DNA of 64,000 nt, from NCBI GenBank assembly GCA_964016885.1, contig OZ024743.1, positions 365,056,001 through 365,120,000 on the forward strand, read 5' to 3'. This DNA comes from Eledone cirrhosa. Its lineage: Eukaryota. The position numbers and the translations under genes were made by a program. The notes under the pieces are model-generated. The model made no database searches, was not told the DNA's origin, and saw only the letters and a list, made by a program, of their open reading frames with translations. Positions 55,401 through 64,000 of the stretch are shown piece after piece; the stretch's first letter is position 1, and every line of letters starts with the position of its first letter.

Positions 55401-58400
55401 CATCAGATATGGTGAAATGGAGGCTGGAGTGGACGGTGCAGTGTACCACACATTTACACGTCACCATCAGATATGGTGAAATGGAGGCTGGAGTGGACGG
55501 TGCAGTGTACCACACATTTACACGTCACCATCAGATATGGTGAAATGGAGGCTGGAGTGGACGGTGCAGTGTACCACACATTTACACGTCACCATCAGAT
55601 ATGGTGAAATGGAGGCTGGAGTGGACGGTGCAGTGTACCACACATTTACACGTCACCATCAGATATGGTGAAATGGAGGCTGGAGTGGACGGTGCAGTGT
55701 ACCACACATTTACACGTCACCATCAGATATGGTGAAATGGAGGCTGGAGTGGACGGTGCAGTGTACCACACATTTACACGTCACCATCAGATATGGTGAA
55801 ATGGAGGCTGGAGTGGACGGTGCAGTGTACCACACATTTACACGTCACCATCAGATATGGTGAAATGGAGGCTGGAGTGGACGGTGCAGTGTACCACACA
55901 TTTACACGTCACCATCAGATATGGTGAAATGGAGGCTGGAGTGGACGGTGCAGTGTACCACACATTTACACGTCACCATCAGATATGGTGAAATGGAGGC
56001 TGGAGTGGACGGTGCAGTGTACCACACATTTACACGTCACCATCAGATATGGTGAAATGGAGGCTGGAGTGGACGGTGCAGTGTACCACACATTTACACG
56101 TCACCATCAGATATGGTGAAATGGAGGCTGGAGTGGACGGTGCAGTGTACCACACATTTACACGTCACCATCAGATATGGTGAAATGGAGGCTGGAGTGG
56201 GACGGTGCAGTGTACCACACATTTACACGTCACCATCAGATATGGTGAAATGGAGGCTGGAGTGGACGGTGCAGTGTACCACACATTTACACGTCACCAT
56301 CAGATATGGTGAAATGGAGGCTGGAGTGGACGGTGCAGTGTACCACACATTTACACGTCACCATCAGATATGGTGAAATGGAGGCTGGAGTGGACGGTGC
56401 AGTGTACCACACATTTACACGTCACCATCAGATATGGTGAAATGGAGGCTGGAGTGGACGGTGCAGTGTACCACACATTTACACGTCACCATCAGATATG
56501 GTGAAATGGAGGCTGGAGTGGACGGTGCAGTGTACCACACATTTACACGTCACCATCAGATATGGTGAAATGGAGGCTGGAGTGGACGGTGCAGTGTACC
56601 ACACATTTACACGTCACCATCAGATATGGTGAAATGGAGGCTGGAGTGGACGGTGCAGTGTACCACACATTTACACGTCACCATCAGATATGGTGAAATG
56701 GAGGCTGGAGTGGACGGTGCAGTGTACCACACATTTACACGTCACCATCAGATATGGTGAAATGGAGGCTGGAGTGGACGGTGCAGTGTACCACACATTT
56801 ACACGTCACCATCAGATATGGTGAAATGGAGGCTGGAGTGGACGGTGCAGTGTACCACACATTTACACGTCACCATCAGATATGGTGAAATGGAGGCTGG
56901 AGTGGACGGTGCAGTGTACCACACATTTACACGTCACCATCAGATATGGTGAAATGGAGGCTGGAGTGGACGGTGCAGTGTACCACACATTTACACGTCA
57001 CCATCAGATATGGTGAAATGGAGGCTGGAGTGGACGGTGCAGTGTACCACACATTTACAGGTCACCATCAGATATGGTGAAATGGAGGCTGGAGTGGACG
57101 GTGCAGTGTACCACACATTTACAGGTCACCATCAGATATGGTGAAATGGAGGCTGGAGTGGACGGTGCAGTGTACCACACATTTACAGGTCACCATCAGA
57201 TATGGTGAAATGGAGGCTGGAGTGGACGGTGCAGTGTACCACACATTTACACGTCACCATCAGATATGGTGAAATGGAGGCTGGAGTGGACGGTGCAGTG
57301 TACCACACATTTACACGTCACCATCAGATATGGTGAAATGGAGGCTGGAGTGGACGGTGCAGTGTACCACACATTTACACGTCACCATCAGATATGGTGA
57401 AATGGAGGCTGGAGTGGACGGTGCAGTGTACCACACATTTACACGTCACCATCAGATATGGTGAAATGCAGGCTGGAGTGGACGGTGCAGTGTACCACAC
57501 ATTTACACGTCACCATCAGATATGGTGAAATGGAGGCTGGAGTGGACGGTGCAGTGTACCACACATTTACACGTCACCATCAGATATGGTGAAATGGAGG
57601 CTGGAGTGGACGGTGCAGTGTACCACACATTTACACGTCACCATCAGATATGGTGAAATGGAGGCTGGAGTGGACGGTGCAGTGTACCACACATTTACAC
57701 GTCACCATCAGATATGGTGAAATGGAGGCTGGAGTGGACGGTGCAGTGTACCACACATTTACACGTCACCATCAGATATGGTGAAATGGGGGCTGGAGTG
57801 GACGGTGCAGTGTACCACACATTTACACGTCACCATCAGATATGGTGAAATGGATGCTGGAGTGGACGGTGCAGTGTACCACACATTTACACGTCACCAT
57901 CAGATATGGTGAAATGGAGGCTGGAGTGGACGGTGCAGTGTACCACACATTTACACGTCACCATCAGATATGGTAAAATGGAGGCTGGAGTGGACGGTGC
58001 AGTGTACCACACATTTACACGTCACCATCAGATATGGTGAAATGGAGGCTGGAGTGGACGGTGCAGTGTACCACACATTTACACGTCACCATCAGATATG
58101 GTAAAATGGAGGCTGGAGTGGACGGTGCAGTGTACCACACATTTACACGTCACCATCAGATATGGTGAAATGCAGGCTGGAGTGGACGGTGCAGTGTACC
58201 ACACATTTACACGTCACCATCAGATATGGTGAAATGGAGGCTGGAGTGGACGGTGCAGTGTACCACACATTTACACGTCACCATCAGATATGGTGAAATG
58301 CAGGCTGGAGTGGACGGTGCAGTGTACCACACATTTACACGTCACCATCAGATATGGTGAAATGGAGGCTGGAGTGGACGGTGCAGTGTACCACACATTT

Positions 58401-59633
58401 ACACGTCACCATCAGATATGGTGAAATGGAGGCTGGAGTGGACGGTGCAGTGTACCACACATTTACACGTCACCATCAGATATGGTGAAATGGAGGCTGG
58501 AGTGGACGGTGCAGTGTACCACACATTTACAGGTCACCATCAGATATGGTGAAATGGAGGCTGGAGTGGACGGTGCAGTGTACCACACATTTACACGTCA
58601 CCATCAGATATGGTGAAATGGAGGCTGGAGTGGACGGTGCAGTGTACCACACATTTACACGTCACCATCAGATATGGTGAAATGGAGGCTGGAGTGGACG
58701 GTGCAGTGTACCACACATTTACACGTCACCATCAGATATGGTGAAATGGAGGCTGGAGTGGACGGTGCAGTGTACCACACATTTACACGTCACCATCAGA
58801 TATGGTGAAATGGAGGCTGGAGTGGACGGTGCAGTGTACCACACATTTACACGTCACCATCAGATATGGTGAAATGCAGGCTGGAGTGGACGGTGCAGTG
58901 TACCACACATTTACACGTCACCATCAGATATGGTGAAATGGAGGCTGGAGTGGACGGTGCAGTGTACCACACATTTACACGTCACCATCAGATATGGTGA
59001 AATGGAGGCTGGAGTGGACGGTGCAGTGTACCACACATTTACACGTCACCATCAGATATGGTGAAATGGAGGCTGGAGTGGACGGTGCAGTGTACCACAC
59101 ATTTACACGTCACCATCAGATATGGTGAAATGGGGGCTGGAGTGGACGGTGCAGTGTACCACACATTTACACGTCACCATCAGATATGGTGAAATGGAGG
59201 CTGGAGTGGACGGTGCAGTGTACCACACATTTACACGTCACCATCAGATATGGTGAAATGGAGGCTGGAGTGGACGGTGCAGTGTACCACACATTTACAC
59301 GTCACCATCAGATATGGTGAAATGGAGGCTGGAGTGGACGGTGCAGTGAACCACACATTTACACGTCACCATCAGATATGGTGAAATGGAGGCTGGAGTG
59401 GACGGTGCAGTGTACCACACATTTACACGTCACCATCAGATATGGTGAAATGGAGGCTGGAGTGGACGGTGCAGTGTACCACACATTTACACGTCACCAT
59501 CAGATATGGGGAAATGGAGGCTGGAGTGGACGGTGCAGTGTACCACACATTTACACGTCACCATCAGATATGATAAAATGGAGGCTGGAGTGGACGGTGC
59601 AGTGTACCACACATTTACACGTCACCATCAGAT
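43471..59633. repeat. 64-bp satellite array, ~252 copies, 50% GC
   Basis: Unit gtaccacacatttaca(c/g)gtcaccatcagatatggtgaaatggaggctggagtggacggtgcagt; very few variants. Confidence 0.99.
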
Positions 59634-59671
59634 GTATCGAGATTGATCCGGATAACGTATAGCTTACTCAC

Positions 59672-59710
59672 ATGTAAATCGGTGGAGGCATTGGAGTATT
59701 CCAGTGTATT
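59672..59710 (-). CDS. Putative 39-nt internal exon of an unknown host gene
   Basis: Minus strand: ttccccgttctacttgtctctccag|AATACACTGGAATACTCCAATGCCTCCACCGATTTACAT|gtgagt; length a multiple of 3, all three frames open. Confidence 0.4.
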
Positions 59711-59745
59711 CTGGAGAGACAAGTAGAACGGGGAAATCTGGATGG

Positions 59746-59938
<193 letters not shown>

Positions 59939-59984
59939 AAACAATATTAAATAAATGGAAAACTATATTTATAAAACCATATTT

Positions 59985-60048
59985 ATTTCATTATATATAT
60001 TTCGGGGATATCATATTAACAATATGCTATGCCTTCATCAGACAAAAT
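59985..60048 (-). ncRNA. Type I hammerhead ribozyme (Penelope-type, palindromic stem III)
   Basis: Minus strand: attttgt-CUGAUGA-aggc ata g catatt gtt aatatg a tat cccc-GAAA-t atat a-UA-atgaaat; stem I has two G-U pairs. Confidence 0.68.
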
Positions 60049-60406
60049 ACAATTTAAACAGTTTTATAGATAAATATATTCGACATACCGTAATAAACAT
60101 CAACTTCATTTGAAGAGGTTTACGCTAGCAGTGAAAATACAGAGAGAAAGAAAGAGAGAAAGAAAAGAGGGAAAAACGAAAGAAAGAAAGACAAAACGAA
60201 GAAAAGGAAGAAAAGGAAAAAGAAAAAGAAGAAATGCATGGAACAAAATAGAGAGATGGAAAAATAGATAAAGCGAAGAGCTTCATGTAAAGAGACAGAA
60301 AGATATATATATATAGAGAGAGAGAGGAAATAGAGATAGATACATATATATATATAGAAAATTAGGTAGTGGGAGGTCATTTTGAGTAAGTGTATCAATG
60401 ATACAT

Positions 60407-60449
<43 letters not shown>

Positions 60450-61088
60450 GCTCAAGTATTAATGTAAGGGAGATATATAGAGAGATATAGAGAGATATAG
60501 AGAGAGAAAAAAATTTAAAAATAGCCAGACATATTCGAGGCGTAGAAAACCCTATGTTTAATGTATTAGTATTTATAAAACTTACACTATATTGTAAATA
60601 TCAGTATTCCTGAATGAAACAAGTATTCACAATGTGTGAAAATTCATTATCTTATGTTTAGTTTTAAAAAATTCATATGTCTATGTGACAGCTACAAATC
60701 TCAATGTGAATCCAACTGATTCACTCCGCAAACTAAGTTATCGGAAAACATTCTCAATGTGGTATAAAAATTTGAGCGTATTATTATTCTTGCGATTACT
60801 CAACAAGATTATCTATCAAGCAGAAATAGAGAGCAGATTTCAATATACTAATCGAAAATATATATTATATTATAAACAAAGATAACAATAATAATAATAA
60901 TAAGTAAAAATATATAAAAATATAGAATAGAAAACTAAAAAAATATTACGAAAGAATATTACATAATAAAAATATTGCATATTAAAAATACTACGTATTA
61001 AAAAATATTACGTATTAAAAATTTACATATAAAAATATTAAAAATAAAATAAAAATAAAAATATTATAGAATACTACAATACTAAAAG

Positions 61089-61346
61089 AATAAAAATAAA
61101 AATAAAAATAAAAATAAAAATAAAAATAAAAATAAAAATAAAAATAAAAATAAAAATAAAAATAAAAATAAAAATAAAAATAAAAATAAAAATAAAAATA
61201 AAAATAAAAATAAAAATAAAAATAAAAATAAAAATAAAAATAAAAATAAAAATAAAAATAAAAATAAAAATAAAAATAAAAATAAAAATAAAAATAAAAA
61301 TAAAAATAAAAATAAAAATAAAAATAAAAATGAAAATAAAAATAAA
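61089..61346. repeat. (TAAAAA)n hexanucleotide repeat
   Basis: Directly visible. Confidence 0.97.
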
Positions 61347-61717
61347 CCACAGAGAACAACCCTACAAAGTTAATTGACAATATATTGCCAAGTTCATTAC
61401 AAGACAAAGCCAAAAATTATCTATCAAATCACATCTAGCAAAGAATATCGTAAAAAAGATTATGATGTCCAATAATGTCTACCTATGTTCCTATGTTTAA
61501 TATAGAAGTTTATCTAGTGTAAGGTTAATTCAAAAAATTTGGAGCATCGGCTTTTCGGGTAGCTTAATTTTTCATGAGGAATGTTTAGATAAAAATAAAA
61601 ATAAAAATAAATAAAATAAAATAAACAATAAAAAGAGTAAAACGAGGGAATCAAAGATTTAGGAATCAAAAGATTTATCGGCTAGTTCTCATATAAATAT
61701 AAATCAAACTAAATATA

Positions 61718-62392
61718 CTACATTTTAAATTTAAATTTATATTTAAACGTTGAGTTTAATCTATGTTTGCAACAACTGAATAAATTTGTCCGTAGGTTAA
61801 GGGAATTTTTAGATTTTAGTATAAAGAATATCTCCTCTGCGCAGAGGTCACATGTCTCAGAGGATGAATTAAAAGGAATCCCTCTTGAGACTATATTCCA
61901 AGCCGTCGAATATCTAACGTTATCTAGCTTAAGTTGCCAGAGTACACCTGATAGTGCCGTTGAAGATTTTTTATTTGGATCTGTGAAAGAATTCTTGTGG
62001 TTATTATAGCGAAGTTTAAATTCCGTCGATGTGGAACCGACGTAGTTAAAAGAATTAGAGTCAGTATTAACATTACAATTGTATACTATATTTTTAACTA
62101 AGCAGTTGTTATTTAACGGACATTTAGATCTATCTCTACAGTTACATTTGTTAACTTGTATATTATTTATGCTATTATCAGTAGGTTTTAAGTTCCTATT
62201 ATTTATTCTATTAATATTTTGTGCTAAATTTTTGGTGGATGAGTAGGTTAATTTAATTGTATGCCTATTGAAGATTGAGTGATACCTATGTGTTCTAGGG
62301 AAGCGATTATCAAGAGCTTTGAAAAATAATTTAGCGATGTGGGTTTTAATGTTTAGTGAGAAAGGGGGGGCAAACCAAATTATTGTAGTATT
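61718..62392 (-). mobile_element. Penelope-like element 3' fragment: Cys-rich linker + GIY-YIG endonuclease, ~224 open codons, no start codon
   Basis: Manual translation: IIWFAPPFSLNIKTHIAKLFFKALDNRFPRTHRYHSIFNRHTIKLTYS...CNCRDRSKCPLNNNCLVKNIVYNCNV...YVGSTSTEFKLRYNNHKNSF...STALSGVLWQLK...WNIV...CDLCAEE...LNLRTNLFSCCKHR. Confidence 0.92.
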
Positions 62393-62704
62393 CTATAATA
62401 TTTTTATTTTTATTTTATTTTTTAATATTTTTATATGTAAATTTTTAATACGTAATATTTTTTAATACGTAGTATTTTTAATATGCAATATTTTTATTAT
62501 GTAATATTCTTTCGTAATATTTTTTTAGTTTTCTATTCTATATTTTTATATATTTTTACTTATTATTATTATTATTGTTATCTTTATAGACATAGAATAT
62601 TCGAAAATATTCTGTATGTTTATAATAAACATTTTGAAGACCTAATCGCTATAGAATAGAATACGTCACGTATTACAATTAGATTCTCGATAAAAGCAAG
62701 GGAA

Positions 62705-62747
62705 GTAATCTACGCGTTTCATTCTCGTTAGAAATCATCAGGACTAC
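62705..62747 (-). ncRNA. Type I hammerhead ribozyme, unit 1
   Basis: Minus strand: gtagtc-CUGAUGA-t ttct aacg agaa t-GAAAC-gc-GUA-gattac; palindromic ACGCGU stem III. Confidence 0.85.
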
Positions 62748-63014
62748 ATATCCAGTGCTTTTATCGAGAATGACACAGCTAGAGACTTATAGAATACTTA
62801 GCTGTGTACAGGAACTGGTTTGAAAGAGCGGTTGCCGGTCCGGCAGAAATTAGAAATTGGAATAAATGCTCTGAAATAGCGATATATATGTGAATATAGA
62901 CATAGAATATTCGAAAATATTCTGTATGTTTATAATAAACATTTTGAAGACCTAATCGCTATAGAATAGAATACGTCACGTATTACAATTAGATTCTCGA
63001 TAAAAGCAAGGGAA

Positions 63015-63057
63015 GTAATCTACGCGTTTCATTCTCGTTAGAAATCATCAGGACTAC
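63015..63057 (-). ncRNA. Type I hammerhead ribozyme, unit 2
   Basis: Identical to unit 1 at +310 bp. Confidence 0.85.
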
Positions 63058-63324
63058 ATATCCAGTGCTTTTATCGAGAATGACACAGCTAGAGACTTAT
63101 AGAATACTTAGCTGTGTACAGGAACTGGTTTGAAAGAGCGGTTGCCGGTCCGGCAGAAATTAGAAATTGGAATAAATGCTCTGAAATAGCGATATATATG
63201 TGAATATAGACATAGAATATTCGAAAATATTCTGTATGTTTATAATAAACATTTTGAAGACCTAATCGCTATAGAATAGAATACGTCACGTATTACAATT
63301 AGATTCTCGATAAAAGCAAGGGAA

Positions 63325-63367
63325 GTAATCTACGCGTTTCATTCTAGTTAGAAATCATCAGGACTAC
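63325..63367 (-). ncRNA. Type I hammerhead ribozyme, unit 3 (loop II variant)
   Basis: As unit 1, with loop II aact instead of aacg. Confidence 0.85.
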
Positions 63368-63634
63368 ATATCCAGTGCTTTTATCGAGAATGACACAGCT
63401 AGAGACTTATAGAATACTTAGCTGTGTACAGGAACTGGTTTGAAAGAGCGGTTGCCGGTCCGGCAGAAATTAGAAATTGGAATAAATGCTCTGAAATAGC
63501 GATATATATGTGAATATAGACATAGAATATTCGAAAATATTCTGTATGTTTATAATAAACATTTTGAAGACCTAATCGCTATAGAATAGAATACGTCACG
63601 TATTACAATTAGATTCTCGATAAAAGCAAGGGAA

Positions 63635-63677
63635 GTAATCTACGCGTTTCATTCTCGTTAGAAATCATCAGGACTAC
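63635..63677 (-). ncRNA. Type I hammerhead ribozyme, unit 4
   Basis: Identical to unit 1. Confidence 0.85.
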
Positions 63678-63944
63678 ATATCCAGTGCTTTTATCGAGAA
63701 TGACACAGCTAGAGACTTATAGAATACTTAGCTGTGTACAGGAACTGGTTTGAAAGAGCGGTTGCCGGTCCGGCAGAAATTAGAAATTGGAATAAATGCT
63801 CTGAAATAGCGATATATATGTGAATATAGACATAGAATATTCGAAAATATTCTGTATGTTTATAATAAACATTTTGAAGACCTAATCGCTATAGAATAGA
63901 ATACGTCACGTATTACAATTAGATTCTCGATAAAAGCAAGGGAA

Positions 63945-63987
63945 GTAATCTACGCGTTTCATTCTCGTTAGAAATCATCAGGACTAC
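63945..63987 (-). ncRNA. Type I hammerhead ribozyme, unit 5
   Basis: Identical to unit 1. Confidence 0.85.
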
Positions 63988-64000
63988 ATATCCAGTGCTT

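Larger units (their letters stand above)
60878..62585. repeat. ~204-bp inverted repeat (60878-61081 / 62381-62585) bracketing the Penelope fragment
   Basis: aaagataacaataataat...attatagaatactacaata versus tattgtagtattctataat...attattgttatcttt. Confidence 0.92.
62586..64000 (-). mobile_element. 310-bp tandem array (>=4.5 copies, runs off the window) with one hammerhead per unit; retrozyme-like
   Basis: catagaatattcg at 62591, 62901, 63211, 63521, 63831; units identical except one noticed substitution at 63346. Confidence 0.9.

Noticed and set aside
43471-59633. CRISPR-like array with hairpin repeat
   Set aside because: No variable spacers, no cas genes, eukaryotic context; the whole 64-mer repeats
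46445-59662. Short ORFs MVKWRLEWTVQ... within the satellite
   Set aside because: Produced by single indels shifting frames in a unit that is not a multiple of 3
61767-62009. 80-aa plus-strand ORF
   Set aside because: Antisense shadow of the GIY-YIG frame

Overview
AT-rich, repeat-dominated eukaryotic DNA with no intact protein-coding gene. The SINE families suggest an octopus (coleoid cephalopod) genome; this is recognition from memory, not a search. Nearly all long ORFs in the supplied track are translations of simple repeats. 1-25 kb is a patchwork of SINEs, two decayed R4/Dong-like (RT + CCHC + RLE) LINE copies next to (CATA)n, two copies of a non-autonomous Helitron (one complete, with its empty site visible), a mariner MITE and several foldbacks. 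25-43 kb is a chain of micro- and minisatellites with higher-order structure. 43.5-59.6 kb is a highly homogeneous 64-bp satellite (~252 copies). 60-64 kb holds a Penelope-like GIY-YIG endonuclease frame missed by the ORF track and a 310-bp tandem array. The best finding is that each 310-bp unit carries a type I hammerhead ribozyme on the minus strand inside a heavily base-paired RNA, i.e. a retrozyme-like array that could yield ~310-nt linear or circular RNAs. At least four more hammerheads of three other sequence types (4.0, 7.5, 8.2 and 60.0 kb) and several decayed ones are present, almost all on the minus strand. All folds and alignments were done by eye.
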